Position numbers and translations under genes: made by a program. Of a stretch of DNA of 64,000 nucleotides, positions 40,804 through 51,963 are shown piece after piece. The notes below the pieces were generated by a model, which saw only the letters and a list, made by a program, of their open reading frames with translations, was not told the origin of the DNA and did not search any database. Origin of the DNA: an uncultured Propionibacteriaceae bacterium (lineage in GTDB: Bacteria; Actinomycetota; Actinomycetes; Propionibacteriales; Propionibacteriaceae); the NCBI GenBank assembly GCA_938046585.1, contig CALIWR010000005.1:69799-133798 (forward strand). The letters are read 5' to 3'. Each line of letters opens with the position of its first letter. The first letter of the stretch is position 1.

Positions 40804-41739
40804 GTGTGCGAGCGGCAGACTGACCGGGTGAGCGAGCCACAAGTGTTGGGGGACCTGGTCCAGCGCTACCTGGACCATCTGCGTGACCGCGGCTACTCCG
40901 AGCACACCCGACGCGGCTATGCCCAGGACCTGGCCACGCTGGAAACTTTTTTGCGCCAGCAGGGGTGTACCAGCCCAGACCAGGTCGACCTGCGGACCCT
41001 GCGGGCCTGGCTGGCTGCCCAGACCGGGGCCAGCCGCGCCACCGTCCAGCGGCGGGCTTGCGGGGTCCGAGCTTTCTACGCCTGGGCTGTCCGCGCCCGG
41101 CTGGTGCCCAGCGATGCGGCCGCGGGCCTGCGGTCTCCGAAGACCCCGAAACGACTGCCGGCCACCATCACCCAGGCCGAGGCGGCCGAGATGCTGCGCT
41201 CGGCGATCGCCGTGGCCGCCGAGGATGATTCTGCGGTCGGTGCCCGCGATGTCGCGATCCTGGAGCTGTTGTACGCAGCTGGGATCCGGGTCAGCGAACT
41301 GTGCGGGCTCGACCTGGGAGACCTCGACCTGGCCCGGCAGGCGATCCGGGTCCTCGGCAAGGGCAACAAGGAACGCACTGTTCCGATCGGGAACCCTGCC
41401 CAGCGGGCCTTGGATGCCTGGCTGGCCCGCCGCCGGGAACTGGCCCGGCCCAGATCCGGACGGGCCGTCTTCATCGGGCAACGAGCCGGTGCCCGAATCG
41501 ACCCGCGGGTGGTGCGCCGGATCGTGCACCGGGCCCTGGGGTTGGTCGACGGTGCCCCTGACCTGGGCCCGCATGGTCTGCGGCACGCGATGGCGACCCA
41601 TCTTCTGGAAGGTGGGGCTGATCTGCGGACGATCCAGGAACTGCTCGGACATTCCAGCTTGGCGACCACCCAGCTCTACACGCACGTCACCACTGACCGG
41701 CTGCGGGCCGCCTACGCCCAGGCCCACCCCCGTGCTTAG
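40804..41739 (+). CDS. xerC: tyrosine recombinase XerC/XerD family
   Basis: N-terminal SAM-like core-binding domain and C-terminal catalytic residues (R...HxxR in GLRHAMATHLL, LLGHSSLATTQLYTHV with catalytic Tyr). The start is ambiguous: GTG 40804 or GTG 40828. Confidence 0.8.
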   Translation: MCERQTDRVSEPQVLGDLVQRYLDHLRDRGYSEHTRRGYAQDLATLETFLRQQGCTSPDQVDLRTLRAWLAAQTGASRATVQRRACGVRAFYAWAVRARLVPSDAAAGLRSPKTPKRLPATITQAEAAEMLRSAIAVAAEDDSAVGARDVAILELLYAAGIRVSELCGLDLGDLDLARQAIRVLGKGNKERTVPIGNPAQRALDAWLARRRELARPRSGRAVFIGQRAGARIDPRVVRRIVHRALGLVDGAPDLGPHGLRHAMATHLLEGGADLRTIQELLGHSSLATTQLYTHVTTDRLRAAYAQAHPRA

Positions 41740-41777
41740 GCCGTGGCCGACGATCTCGGCAGACACCCATCGGCGCA

Positions 41778-42683
41778 TCACCACAGACCAGTGGGGTCGA
41801 TCAGCTGCTGATTCACCCAGGCCTGGGCGTGCAGGTGGCAGCCGGTGGACATCCCGGTGGTGCCGACCGCTGCGATCACCTGGCCCCGAGCCACCCGGGC
41901 CCCGGCCCGGACCGCGAATGACTGGGCGTGGGCGTATCCAGTTACGACATGGCCTCGCGAGCCCGTACCGTGATCGACCAGGACCCGGTTGCCGTAGGCC
42001 CCGTCCCAGCCGGCCGAGACCACCACGCCATCGGCCCAGGCTCGGATCGGGGTCCCACAAGCAGCGCCGATATCAGCCCCGTCATGCAGCTTCCAGACCC
42101 CGGTTACGGGATGGCGCCGCATACCGAACGGCGAGGTGATCGGGCCATCAGCTGGGCGAGAGCTGCCCGAGCCGGCGACCTGGGCGGCCGTGACCGGACG
42201 CGGGGTGACGCCCCGTGGCAGCAGCCGAACCTGGGACGGTCCGATCAGCAACATCGGGTCCAAATACTCCTCGCCGGATCTCAGCCCCCAGTGCAAGCAG
42301 GCCGGAGCCGGACACGGATGTCCCGCCTCCAGCCGGGCGACCGGGTCTCCGGCCGCCACCTGGGTCCCGACTGCCACTGTCGCCGTCACCGGCTCGTACG
42401 TGGTACGGACCGTCCCGTGATCGATCACCAGCACGCCGCGTCCCGCGACCATCCCGGAGAACGAGATCCGCCCTGACGCGGCAGCGACCACGGTGGCACC
42501 GGGCTCGGCGGCGATGTCGACACCGCGGTGTCCCGAGCCCCACCGGACCTCGGGTGGGTCGTACGGTGTCACCACCGGCCCGGCCACCGGCAACCGGCCC
42601 CGGGGCAGGCCGACATCGCCTCGCGCCGGGGTTGCCAGGCTCAGGAACACCAGGGTCGCCAGGACAACCACAATTCGTCTCAT
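41778..42683 (-). CDS. secreted peptidase M23 protein with two LytM-like domains
   Basis: Signal peptide (MRRIVVVLATLVFLSLATPARG) and two M23 motifs (HRGVDIAAEPGATV...HWG and HDGADIGAACGTPI...GCHLHAQ). ATG 42683 is preferred over the upstream GTG. Confidence 0.75.
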   Translation of the reverse strand: MRRIVVVLATLVFLSLATPARGDVGLPRGRLPVAGPVVTPYDPPEVRWGSGHRGVDIAAEPGATVVAAASGRISFSGMVAGRGVLVIDHGTVRTTYEPVTATVAVGTQVAAGDPVARLEAGHPCPAPACLHWGLRSGEEYLDPMLLIGPSQVRLLPRGVTPRPVTAAQVAGSGSSRPADGPITSPFGMRRHPVTGVWKLHDGADIGAACGTPIRAWADGVVVSAGWDGAYGNRVLVDHGTGSRGHVVTGYAHAQSFAVRAGARVARGQVIAAVGTTGMSTGCHLHAQAWVNQQLIDPTGLW

Positions 42684-42998
42684 GCCTTCGACTATGGGCA
42701 GCGCCACCGGAATCGGACATTTCCACTGGGCAGCTGTGGATAACGCTCGGGGTCGTTCGGCGGCTGTGGACAGGTCACACCTCTGACGGCTTTGCCGGGA
42801 CCGGGCAGCGCTTGTACGCTATCGGCAGCGACCGGGCAACCCCGGTCGACTTCGCATGCCGACACACCGTGGTCGCACGGGTCGTCACCCAGAGGTCCCG
42901 GTCTCCGGGCGGGGACGGCGTCGGCGTCAGGCGGCATCGAACCGTTCGGTGCCGGGAGAACCTCGCGGCCGACGCCGGCCGTACAGAAAGGAACGGCC

Positions 42999-43850
42999 AT
43001 GGCCGTCGTCACCGCCCGCCAGCTGCTCGACAGCGGCGTTCACTTTGGGCACCAGACCCGTCGCTGGAACCCCAAGATGAAGCGCTTTATCTTCACCGAG
43101 CGCAACGGCATCTACATCATCGACCTGCACCAGTCGCTGACCTACATTGACCAGGCCTATGCCTACGTCAAGGACACAGTCGCCAAGGGCGGGCAGATCC
43201 TCTTCGTGGGCACCAAGAAGCAGGCCCAGGAGGCGATCGCCGAACAAGCCACCCGAGTCGGGATGCCGTACGTGAACCAGCGCTGGCTGGGTGGCATGCT
43301 CACCAATTTCCATACCATGGTGAAGCGGATCCAGCGGCTCAAGGAGCTGGAGGCGATGAACTTCGACGACGTCGCCGCCTCGGGGCTGACCAAGAAGGAG
43401 CTGCTGGGGCTGCGTCGCGAGAAAGACAAGCTCTCCAAGACCCTGGGCGGGATCCGCGACATGAGCCGTCCGCCGCAGGCGGTCTGGGTGATCGACACCA
43501 AGAAGGAGCACCTGGCCGTCGACGAGGCCCGCAAGCTGCGGATCCCCGTGATCGCGATCCTGGACACCAACTGCGACCCGGACGAGGTCGACTGGCCGAT
43601 CCCCGGCAACGACGACGCAATCCGCTCGGTCGGGCTGCTGACCCGGGTGATCGCCGACGCCGTCGCCGACGGGCTGGTGTCCCGCTCCGGGCACGGTGCG
43701 ACCGGTGAGAAGACCGAGGCCGAGCCGATGCCGGAGTGGGAGCGTGAGCTGCTCGCCGGCCAGGAGGCCGCAGCCCCCGAGCAGGCCCCTACCGGACAGC
43801 CGGCCGAGACCAACGCCGACCAGCCGGCGACCACCCAGACCACTAACTGA
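42999..43850 (+). CDS. rpsB: 30S ribosomal protein S2
   Basis: [27 protein letters not shown]... is the canonical S2 N-terminus. AAAGGAAC RBS. Acidic and Pro-rich C-terminal extension typical of actinobacteria. The 69-codon upstream ORF extension is rejected. Confidence 0.95.
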   Translation: MAVVTARQLLDSGVHFGHQTRRWNPKMKRFIFTERNGIYIIDLHQSLTYIDQAYAYVKDTVAKGGQILFVGTKKQAQEAIAEQATRVGMPYVNQRWLGGMLTNFHTMVKRIQRLKELEAMNFDDVAASGLTKKELLGLRREKDKLSKTLGGIRDMSRPPQAVWVIDTKKEHLAVDEARKLRIPVIAILDTNCDPDEVDWPIPGNDDAIRSVGLLTRVIADAVADGLVSRSGHGATGEKTEAEPMPEWERELLAGQEAAAPEQAPTGQPAETNADQPATTQTTN

Positions 43851-43880
43851 CCGACCCGTACCAGCGAGGAACACCAACGA

Positions 43881-44693
43881 ATGGCCATTACTGCCACTGA
43901 CGTCAAGAAGCTCCGGGACATGACCGGAGCCGGGATGATGGACGCCAAGAAGGCGCTCACCGACAGCGACGGAGACTTCGAAAAGGCTGTCGAACTGCTC
44001 CGGATCACCGGAGCCTCCAAGGCCGCCAAGCGTTCCGACCGCGAAGCCAGTAACGGCATCGTGGCTGCCAGCGGGCACGCCCTGGTGCAGCTAGGCGCTG
44101 AGACCGACTTCGTCGCCAAGAACGAGGAATTCGTCACCGCCGCCCAGCAGATCGTCGAGGCCGTCGACCAGGCCGGGGCTGACAGCGTCGAGGCCGCCTT
44201 GACGCTGAACCTGGCCACGGGCGAGACCGTCGCCGACCGGATCGCGGCCCTGGTCGCCAAGATCGGGGAGAAGATCGAGCTGGTCAAGGTCGCCCGCTTC
44301 GCCGGGCAGACCCAGACCTACCTGCACCACCGCAGCCAGGATCTTCCGCCTCAGGTCGGGGTGCTGGTCGAGTATCAGGGTGACGATGCTGACCTGATCC
44401 GTATGGTGACCATGCAGATCGCCTCCATGTCGCCGCAGTTCGTCTCGCGCGATGAGGTGCCACAGGAGACCGTCGCCAACGAGCGGCGGATCGCCGAGGC
44501 TGCTGCCCGTGAGGAGGGCAAGCCGGAGCAGGCGATCGCTCGGATCGTCGAGGGCCGAGTGGGTGCCTTCTTTAAGGATGTCTGTTTGGTGGACCAGCCG
44601 GCGATCTCGGACGACAAGCAGAGCGTCGGGACGCTGCTGAAGAAGGCCGGGATCACCGTCACCCGCTTCGTACGGTTCGCTGCAGGAGCCTGA
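43881..44693 (+). CDS. tsf: elongation factor Ts
   Basis: N-terminal UBA-like VKKLRDMTGAGMMDAKKAL and downstream dimerisation domains. Located immediately after rpsB. Confidence 0.95.
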   Translation: MAITATDVKKLRDMTGAGMMDAKKALTDSDGDFEKAVELLRITGASKAAKRSDREASNGIVAASGHALVQLGAETDFVAKNEEFVTAAQQIVEAVDQAGADSVEAALTLNLATGETVADRIAALVAKIGEKIELVKVARFAGQTQTYLHHRSQDLPPQVGVLVEYQGDDADLIRMVTMQIASMSPQFVSRDEVPQETVANERRIAEAAAREEGKPEQAIARIVEGRVGAFFKDVCLVDQPAISDDKQSVGTLLKKAGITVTRFVRFAAGA

Positions 44694-44757
44694 AACATCT
44701 AGAGTGCGGTGCGCCGCGACCCACGGGTTGCGGCGTACCGCCATGTAAGGAGGCACT

Positions 44758-45483
44758 GTGGACCAGGGGGAACGCCCGCACTACCGACGGGTGCTGCTGA
44801 AGCTGTCGGGGGAGGCCTTCGGCGGCGGCGGCCTGGGGGTTGACCCCGATGTGGTGTCCCGGATCGCCGGTGAGGTGGCTGCGGTCGCCCGCAGCGGGGT
44901 CCAGGTCGCGATCGTCGTCGGCGGCGGTAATTTCTTCCGCGGCGCCGAACTGCAACAGCGTGGCATGGAGCGGGCCCGGGCCGACTACATCGGGATGCTG
45001 GGCACCGTCATGAACTGCCTGGCCCTGCAGGACTTCTGCGAGAAGGCCGGGATCGACACCCGGGTCCAGACTGCGATCACCATGGGGCAGGTCGCCGAGG
45101 CATATGTCCCGCGCCGCGCCGTACGGCACCTGGAGAAGGGCCGGGTCGTGATCTTCGGCGCCGGCTCCGGAATGCCGTTCTTCTCTACTGACACGGTCGC
45201 GGCTCAGCGGGCCCTGGAGGCGGGTTGTGAGGTGCTGCTGATGGCGAAGCAGGGCGTCGACGGGGTGTACGACGCGGACCCGGCCATCGACCCGTCCGCC
45301 ACCAGATTCGGCGACCTCAGCTACGATGAATACTTGGCGCGCAACCTCAAGGTCGCCGATGCCACGGCGATCAGCCTGGCCCGCGATTTCGGACTGCCGA
45401 TGGTTTTCTTCAACCTAGATGTCCCCGGCAACATCGCCCGGGTGGTCTCGGGGGCTGCAATCGGTACCACTGTTCACGCCTGA
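44758..45483 (+). CDS. pyrH: UMP kinase
   Basis: [11 protein letters not shown] and [10 protein letters not shown] motifs; 241 aa. Confidence 0.95.
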   Translation: MDQGERPHYRRVLLKLSGEAFGGGGLGVDPDVVSRIAGEVAAVARSGVQVAIVVGGGNFFRGAELQQRGMERARADYIGMLGTVMNCLALQDFCEKAGIDTRVQTAITMGQVAEAYVPRRAVRHLEKGRVVIFGAGSGMPFFSTDTVAAQRALEAGCEVLLMAKQGVDGVYDADPAIDPSATRFGDLSYDEYLARNLKVADATAISLARDFGLPMVFFNLDVPGNIARVVSGAAIGTTVHA

Positions 45484-45548
45484 GCTACCACCTCTGCTGG
45501 GTTGCTATACGGTCTACCCATCGCCCACCACACATGAAGGGACCACCC

Positions 45549-46106
45549 GTGACAGCCGAGATCGTCTCCAGTGCCGATACCAAGATGGACACGGCGGTCG
45601 ACTTCGCCCGCGAGGAACTCGCAGCGATCCGTACCGGGCGGGCCCACCCCGCCATGTTCCACAAACTCAATGCCGAGTACTACGGCACCCCGACCCCGCT
45701 GCAGCAGCTCGCTTCGTTCCAGGTGCCCGAGGCTCGTACCGTGCTGATCACCCCGTACGATCGCAGCGCGATGGCCGCCATCGAGCGAGCGATCCGGGAT
45801 TCTGACCTGGGGGTGAACCCGTCCAATGACGGCACCACGATCCGGGTGACGCTGCCGGTATTGACCGAGGACCGGCGCAAGGAGTACACCAAGCTTGCTA
45901 AGCACAAGGCCGAGGAGGGGCGGGTCGCGATCCGTAACACCCGCCGCCATGCCAATGACGCGATCCACAAGCTGGTGAAGGACAAGGAGGTGTCCGAAGA
46001 TGACGCCGCCCGCGCTGAGAAGCAGCTGGATACGATCACCAAGAAGCACACCGATGCCGTCGACGAATTGCTGAGGCACAAAGAGGCAGAGCTCCTCGAG
46101 CTCTGA
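45549..46106 (+). CDS. frr: ribosome recycling factor
   Basis: Alignable to RRF (IRTGRAHPAMF, YYGTPTPL, DLGVNPSNDG, LTEDRRKEY). GTG 45549 is preferred because of GAAGGGA 6 nt upstream and a canonical N-terminal length; the ATG at 45534 lacks an RBS. Confidence 0.9.
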   Translation: MTAEIVSSADTKMDTAVDFAREELAAIRTGRAHPAMFHKLNAEYYGTPTPLQQLASFQVPEARTVLITPYDRSAMAAIERAIRDSDLGVNPSNDGTTIRVTLPVLTEDRRKEYTKLAKHKAEEGRVAIRNTRRHANDAIHKLVKDKEVSEDDAARAEKQLDTITKKHTDAVDELLRHKEAELLEL

Positions 46107-46114
46107 AATTCGGC

Positions 46115-47020
46115 GTGAGTGATGACACCACCGGGCATCGTTCCCACCGGGACTTGGCCCGGGAACGGGTGGACCGGGTCAACGAGCGGGCCGGGCGGAA
46201 TCTGCCGGCAGCGGTGGGAGTGGCGGTCGGTCTGATCGGCTACGTGATCGTCACCCTGCTGTTCTTCAAGGCCGGCTTCATGCTGCTGCTGGCCGTCGGG
46301 ATGGTGCTGGGGTCGATCGAATTGCACCGGGTCCTCAGAGCCCAGGCGCAGATGACCTCGGCGGTGCTACCGATTTGCATCGGCACCGTGGCAATGGTGG
46401 CCGGCTCGTACCTGGCCCACGAGGGCGAGACCCTCTTCACCCCGACTACGGTGCTGATCATTGCGCTGGGGGTGACGGTGTTGGCGGCGCTGGCCTGGCG
46501 TCTGCCGGGCGGCTCGACCGGTTTCGTCCGGGACGTGGCGGCGAGCATGCTGACGATCGCTTATATTCCGCTGCTCGGTTCATTTCTGGCGCTGATGGTG
46601 GGCACCCCAAACGGCGGCTCGCGGATCACTACCACCATCCTCTGTGTCGCCGCCAGTGACACCGGCGGCTGGTTGGCCGGGGTGCTCTTCGGCAGACACC
46701 CGTTGGCGCCCAGGATCAGCCCCAAGAAGACCTGGGAGGGGTCGATCGGTTCGTTGCTGTTGTCGCTGGCGGTCGGAGCGGTAATGGCCCACCAGGTGCT
46801 GCGGATTCCGGTCGGGCTAGGTCTGGTCTTCGGGGCCGCCATGGTGGTTTTTGGCACCCTGGGGGACCTGGTCGAGTCCCAGCTGAAGCGGGATCTGGGA
46901 ATCAAGGACATGAGTCACTTCCTGCCTGGTCATGGCGGGGTGCTGGATCGGGTGGACTCGCTGCTGTTCGCCGCCCCGGTGGCCTGGGGCCTGCTGCACC
47001 TGATGGTGCCCGGTGGCTGA
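46115..47020 (+). CDS. cdsA: phosphatidate cytidylyltransferase
   Basis: Multi-TM protein with the CDS signature [11 protein letters not shown]...[30 protein letters not shown]. Confidence 0.9.
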   Translation: MSDDTTGHRSHRDLARERVDRVNERAGRNLPAAVGVAVGLIGYVIVTLLFFKAGFMLLLAVGMVLGSIELHRVLRAQAQMTSAVLPICIGTVAMVAGSYLAHEGETLFTPTTVLIIALGVTVLAALAWRLPGGSTGFVRDVAASMLTIAYIPLLGSFLALMVGTPNGGSRITTTILCVAASDTGGWLAGVLFGRHPLAPRISPKKTWEGSIGSLLLSLAVGAVMAHQVLRIPVGLGLVFGAAMVVFGTLGDLVESQLKRDLGIKDMSHFLPGHGGVLDRVDSLLFAAPVAWGLLHLMVPGG

Positions 47021-48200
47021 GCCGGTACGGCTGCGGCTGGCAGCGCCGGCCCGAGGCAAACCACCTCGCCACTGGGCTGACCTGACCGTGGCCGAACGCG
47101 CTCCGGCGGTCGTCGCGGCCGGGCTGCCGAGGTTTCGCGCCCAGCAGCTGGCAACCCACTACTACGAGCACCTGTCGGTGGACCCGCAGACCTGGACCGA
47201 CCTGCCGAAGGACCAGCGCCAGACGGTCCGCGAGGTCTTCTTCCCGCCCCTGCTCAGCCACGTCCGGCAGGTCTCCTGCGACCGGGGAGCCACCGTCAAA
47301 ACCCTGTGGCGGCTTCACGACGGCAGCTTGGTCGAGTCGGTCCTGATGCGGTACGGGCTACGCCGCGACGGCAGCCCGGGCTCGAACGGGATCCGCAGCA
47401 CCCTATGCGTTTCCTCCCAGGCTGGTTGTGGCATGGCCTGCCCGTTCTGCGCCACCGGGCAGGGCGGGCTGCAGCGCAACCTGTCGGCCGCTGAGATCGT
47501 GGACCAGGTTCGGGCCGCGGCGGCGATCCTGGCCACCGGTGACCTGCCCGGGGGAGCGGGCCGGCTCACCAACGTGGTTTTCATGGGGATGGGGGAGCCG
47601 CTGGCGAATTATCGAGCCCTGATCACCGCCATACGAGCGATCACGACAGCGGTGCCGCAGGGGCTGGGGATTTCCGCGCGAGGCCTCACCGTGTCCACGG
47701 TAGGGCTGGTACCCAGGATCCGGCAGCTGGGCACAGAGGGGTTGCCGGTGACCCTGGCGGTGTCATTGCATGCCCCCGACGACGAACTGCGCGACAGTCT
47801 GGTACCGATCAACACCCGGTGGCCGGTGGCCCAGGTGGTGGATGCGGCCTGGGAATATGCCCGGACCAGCAGACGGCGGGTTTCGATCGAGTATGCCCTG
47901 ATCCGCGACATCAACGACCAGGCCTGGCGAGCCGACCGGCTCGCCGAGGTACTGGCCGCGCGAGGCGATTGGGGTTGGGCGCACGTCAACCTGATCCCGC
48001 TGAATCCGACCCCTGGTTCGAAGTGGACCGCATCGCGGCCCCAGGCCCAGGACGATTTCGTCCGACGCCTCGAGGCGCATCGGATCCCGGTCACCGTCCG
48101 CGACACCCGAGGCCGTGAGATCGACGGCGCCTGCGGCCAGCTCGCCGCCCGTCAGCGCGGTCAGGGCGCCGGGGATCGCGTACCGACGAACCCGGGCTAG
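47013..48200 (+). CDS. rlmN: 23S rRNA/tRNA m2A methyltransferase RlmN (radical SAM)
   Basis: [18 protein letters not shown] (CxxxCxxC radical-SAM cluster) and downstream Cys in the GMGEPLAN region. It overlaps the cdsA stop. Confidence 0.9.
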   Translation: MAEPVRLRLAAPARGKPPRHWADLTVAERAPAVVAAGLPRFRAQQLATHYYEHLSVDPQTWTDLPKDQRQTVREVFFPPLLSHVRQVSCDRGATVKTLWRLHDGSLVESVLMRYGLRRDGSPGSNGIRSTLCVSSQAGCGMACPFCATGQGGLQRNLSAAEIVDQVRAAAAILATGDLPGGAGRLTNVVFMGMGEPLANYRALITAIRAITTAVPQGLGISARGLTVSTVGLVPRIRQLGTEGLPVTLAVSLHAPDDELRDSLVPINTRWPVAQVVDAAWEYARTSRRRVSIEYALIRDINDQAWRADRLAEVLAARGDWGWAHVNLIPLNPTPGSKWTASRPQAQDDFVRRLEAHRIPVTVRDTRGREIDGACGQLAARQRGQGAGDRVPTNPG

Positions 48201-48263
48201 GGGCTGCTAGCTGCTAACCGTGGCAAGGGATGGGCCGCCCTCGCGAGCGTCAGTTCAGCGCGG

Positions 48264-51200
48264 TTGAATGGGTCCATGACACTCCAGCCCGCCGAAGTGT
48301 ACCTGCGACTTGCGCTGACCGGCCTGCCGGTCCCCGAGAACGCCGCCGAGACGGCGCACCTGATCGACCCGATCATCGCTCGGCAGCGAGAACTGAACCG
48401 GCGCCTGGCCGACCGGCTGTGCCCGGCCGACGCCCGGATCCAGCGTTTCTTGGATTCCTACTTCGAGGGGATCGACGAACGCCCGCAGCTGCCCCGGCGA
48501 AGCCTGGTGCTGGACTGTCCCGGGCTGGCCCGGACCCTCTCGCTGCCGGCCAACGCAGACGCTTTCACCTCACCGCTGTTGTCGAGCTACCGGCTCGCCA
48601 ACGGCGTGCTCCACAACCCGGCCAACGATCGGCGGACCACGGCCGGGGTCTTCCACATCAGCGAGGGCGGCAGCCCGATCCCTGACGACAAGCTGGCGGT
48701 GCCGCGTGAGGTCTTCGCCCGGATGCTGGTGAGGGCCTTCCAGCCCCCGGAGTCGGCGATGGAATTGCCGTACACGGCGGGGATGGCCGAGCCGGCCCGC
48801 TGTTTTGTGTCGCTTCTGCTGCGTCCCCTGGTGGTGCCGCAGGTGCCGGGCTATTCGCAGGCCAAGACCATGGAGACCAGGTTCATCGTCCCCGGCGGAC
48901 TGGTCGCCAACCTCGACTTCGTCGAGTCGGTCTTCGGTAACGCCGGCGACCCGTACCTGCCCGAGAATGACGCCACCCTCGACCAGGCCACCTTTACCGG
49001 CACCACCGGTTGCGTGATCCTGGCCCCGCATCTGACCCGGCTCACCAAGAAGGAACTGGGCCTGCCGCATATCGACCAGGCCACCGAGCGGCAGCGGCGC
49101 GACCAGATGTGCTGGTCTGACGAGGACGAGCTGTACAACAACGGCCAGGCCTTCAAATGCTGCGCCCGTGACGAGCGGGGCGTGATCGTCACCGTGATCG
49201 CCGACAACTACTTCGGCTACTGCAAGAAAGAGGTCAAGACCCAGCTGTCGTACTCGGCTAACTTGATCGGAGGTGTCGAGGAGGAACACTCCGGTGGCGC
49301 GGTGGTCTTTGCCTCGTACAACAACGGGCAGGAGTTTACCGAGCACACCCCGGACGGCTATCACCTGGATGATGTCGTGGCCCGCGACCCGGAACGTTTC
49401 GCCTGCCAGCCCGAAGGTCACGCCCTCGACCTGATGCAGCCGCGGATCGTGCTGGTCCCCGCCAACGCCACCTTCTCGCTGCGGACCCAGACCATCAGCT
49501 GGCCAGCGGCTGACGGGGTGGCCACGATCCAGCTGCGAGCCGACCGCAGCTACCTATCCCCAGTCGGTTTCCGTACCGAGATGCGTCAGATCGCGGCTGA
49601 CGGTAACCAGTGGAGCCTGATCTCGACCCAGCCGATGCCGACCACCTGCCACAAGCCGGCCACGGTGTCGGGCGGTGGCAAGTCCGAGATCAGCAAAGCG
49701 ATCTCGGATGCCATCATCCACGGCAACGCTTACACCGCCGACTACGACGCCGACATGGAGCAGGTGGCGGCGATCCTGGACGCGGACCTGTCCGGTCGGT
49801 TTAAGGACCCGGATCGGCGTACCGACACCCGGCCGATCCTGTCTGACCAGCGCTCGGTCGGCAGCGTGATCAAGCTGCTCACCCCAAGTTCGGTGGAGTA
49901 CACCGACGAGTACAACGACTGGCTGGCCTCGATCCCGCAGCACATCAAGGAACTGGTCTTTGTCATCAAGCGCTTCTACCGGCCCGAATGGGGAGCTGAC
50001 TGGCGCAGCCATTTCACCGTGGGGATCATGAACGGCCGCAAGGGCAACGCCCTTCGCCTGGATGGGGAACGGATCCAGGTCAACACGCTGCGGGTCGGCT
50101 TCGACGAGGACGGCTCTTGGCGGATCTTCGGGCTGCGGCACGACTTCAACCCGGCGATCAAGGTGCAGACCGAGGACGACATCACCGCCTCGATCGTGGC
50201 CCCGCCCGGTGCGGCCCGGACCTGGCCGACGGTCTCCCGCAAATTCGTCGCGAACTGCGAACAGCTGCTCTTCCAGCGTCCCGATGACGCCATCCACCGC
50301 GGCTACGACACCCAAGCCGAGCTGGACATCTCCCAGCCAGGCACCTTCCTGTCCAACTTCCAGCCGCTGGACCGCGACGACGCGATCGCGATGCGTGACG
50401 ACGCGATCGGCTACCACGCCTTCACCGAGCCGATGCGTCGCCTGATCGGACAGGTGGCCGACGGACAGGTCAGCGAAACCTATTTCGTCTCCTCAGCCAA
50501 TCCCCGGCTCGTCGGCGGCAAACCTTCGAAGAACCCCCGCTACCTGCAGCAGCGCCCGGACCTTTCCCATCCGGTGTCAACCGAGATCGCGGACGTCGCG
50601 GTGCACCTGCTGTGGCGGGTGCCGCTGTCGGAGCAGATCGCGCTGCCGGTGGACCTGGTTGCCGCCGGGCGGCGCAACAACCCGGCCGAACCGGGAGTGG
50701 CCCCGTTGTGCGCGTACAACCCGCTGCACTACATGGAACTGCCGGAGCTGTTCATGGAGTTCATCAGTTCGATGACGGGAAAGTCGCCCTCGACCACCGG
50801 CGCCGGCTCCGAAGGGGCCATGACCAAAGGCCCGTTCAACGCCATGCCCACGGTGTACGACTTGAACGCGGCGCTGCTGTCGTACGCGCTGACCGGCTAC
50901 GACGGCTGGCTGTCGGCAGCCGGCTATGTCGGGCCCAAGGTTCGCGTCGATCATGACGTCAGCCTGCTGGTGCCGGAAGTCTTCGCTCGGATGACAGCGC
51001 AGGAGCGCTCGGCTCAGGCCCTGATCGAGAACGGCTGTCTGGAACGGATCAGCGACATCACCTACCAGGGTCGCCTGGTCCGGGCCAGCCGGCTCGGCTA
51101 CCGGATGACCGCTCGGTTCGCCCGCTGGTACTTCGGTCGAATCTTCATGCATCCGCATGTGGTGTTCACCCCCGAAATGCTGGCCCCCGAGCTGCAAGAC

Positions 51201-51659
51201 CTGGAGGCCTACTGCGAATCGGTCGACACCATCGTCACCACTCACGAGCGGGTTGCCCAGGCCTACCTGCGCGACGGCTCGATCGAGCAGGCCTGCCCGC
51301 CGCTGCGGGCCCTGCTGGAGATCATGGCCCAGGGCCAGTCGCGGGAAGGCTGGGACCTCACCACGGCTGACTTCCGCCGGCTCTTCGAGAGGGACACCAT
51401 CCTGGCCAGCGACTGGTACGCGGCCCGGCTCGACTCGCAGCAGGACGCCGATGTGCGCCACATCGAGCGGGGGATCGCCACCATGGAGCACTTCCTGCAG
51501 CGGGAAGGCAATGAGGAGGCGGCCAGCCGGATCGGTCTGGAGCAGCGGCTGGCGCGTTCCCGTGACGAATTGCGGTGGCGCCGTTCGGCCGAGTACCGGG
51601 CACAACTGGTGGGTGCCCTGGGCCGGCAGCCGCTGGCGCTGCCGCCGGCTGGGTTCTGA
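48264..51659 (+). CDS. very large (1131 aa) uncharacterised cytoplasmic protein
   Basis: Single uninterrupted ORF with coding-like composition. No TM or signal peptide and no recognised catalytic family. Contains one P-loop-like stretch ATVSGGGKSE. The start is ambiguous: TTG 48264 or ATG 48276. Confidence 0.6.
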   Translation: MNGSMTLQPAEVYLRLALTGLPVPENAAETAHLIDPIIARQRELNRRLADRLCPADARIQRFLDSYFEGIDERPQLPRRSLVLDCPGLARTLSLPANADAFTSPLLSSYRLANGVLHNPANDRRTTAGVFHISEGGSPIPDDKLAVPREVFARMLVRAFQPPESAMELPYTAGMAEPARCFVSLLLRPLVVPQVPGYSQAKTMETRFIVPGGLVANLDFVESVFGNAGDPYLPENDATLDQATFTGTTGCVILAPHLTRLTKKELGLPHIDQATERQRRDQMCWSDEDELYNNGQAFKCCARDERGVIVTVIADNYFGYCKKEVKTQLSYSANLIGGVEEEHSGGAVVFASYNNGQEFTEHTPDGYHLDDVVARDPERFACQPEGHALDLMQPRIVLVPANATFSLRTQTISWPAADGVATIQLRADRSYLSPVGFRTEMRQIAADGNQWSLISTQPMPTTCHKPATVSGGGKSEISKAISDAIIHGNAYTADYDADMEQVAAILDADLSGRFKDPDRRTDTRPILSDQRSVGSVIKLLTPSSVEYTDEYNDWLASIPQHIKELVFVIKRFYRPEWGADWRSHFTVGIMNGRKGNALRLDGERIQVNTLRVGFDEDGSWRIFGLRHDFNPAIKVQTEDDITASIVAPPGAARTWPTVSRKFVANCEQLLFQRPDDAIHRGYDTQAELDISQPGTFLSNFQPLDRDDAIAMRDDAIGYHAFTEPMRRLIGQVADGQVSETYFVSSANPRLVGGKPSKNPRYLQQRPDLSHPVSTEIADVAVHLLWRVPLSEQIALPVDLVAAGRRNNPAEPGVAPLCAYNPLHYMELPELFMEFISSMTGKSPSTTGAGSEGAMTKGPFNAMPTVYDLNAALLSYALTGYDGWLSAAGYVGPKVRVDHDVSLLVPEVFARMTAQERSAQALIENGCLERISDITYQGRLVRASRLGYRMTARFARWYFGRIFMHPHVVFTPEMLAPELQDLEAYCESVDTIVTTHERVAQAYLRDGSIEQACPPLRALLEIMAQGQSREGWDLTTADFRRLFERDTILASDWYAARLDSQQDADVRHIERGIATMEHFLQREGNEEAASRIGLEQRLARSRDELRWRRSAEYRAQLVGALGRQPLALPPAGF

Positions 51660-51702
51660 TCGGCCGAGCCGCTCCAAGGCCTCAGAGGTCGAGCCGATCA
51701 GG

Positions 51703-51731
51703 TGGATCTGGGCGCCCGTCGGACGCCCAGA
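51703..51731 (+). terminator. hairpin downstream of the 1131-aa gene
   Basis: Perfect 10-bp inverted repeat GATCTGGGCG-cccgtcgga-CGCCCAGATC starting 44 nt after the stop. No U-tract follows. Confidence 0.3.
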
Positions 51732-51963
51732 TCTGAGCGCCTGCAGCAGCCAGGCCGCCAGGACGCTGGTCCAGTGGTTGCGTCCCGCCAGGTGCTGGTC
51801 GACCTTTTCCAGGATCTCAGTCTCGACGATCCTCGACAGCGGGGAGGAGCAGTCACGCGGATAGGCTGCTCGAGCCGCCGTGAGAGGAATGCCATGACTG
51901 ACGCTGGCAGCGCCCCAGAGGCGGTACCCTCAGCACGACACCCGGCCCTAAGGAGCACGACGC

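Noticed and set aside
40804-41739. xerC as marker of an integrated mobile element
   Set aside because: No flanking tRNA, direct repeats or phage/transposon genes are present. The def-xerC neighbourhood is the normal chromosomal dimer-resolution locus in actinobacteria.
42215-43150. 311-aa plus-strand ORF spanning the M23 peptidase gene (antisense) and the rpsB leader
   Set aside because: Arg/Pro/Gly-rich low-complexity translation typical of out-of-frame reading in 70% GC DNA. Overlaps two well-supported genes.
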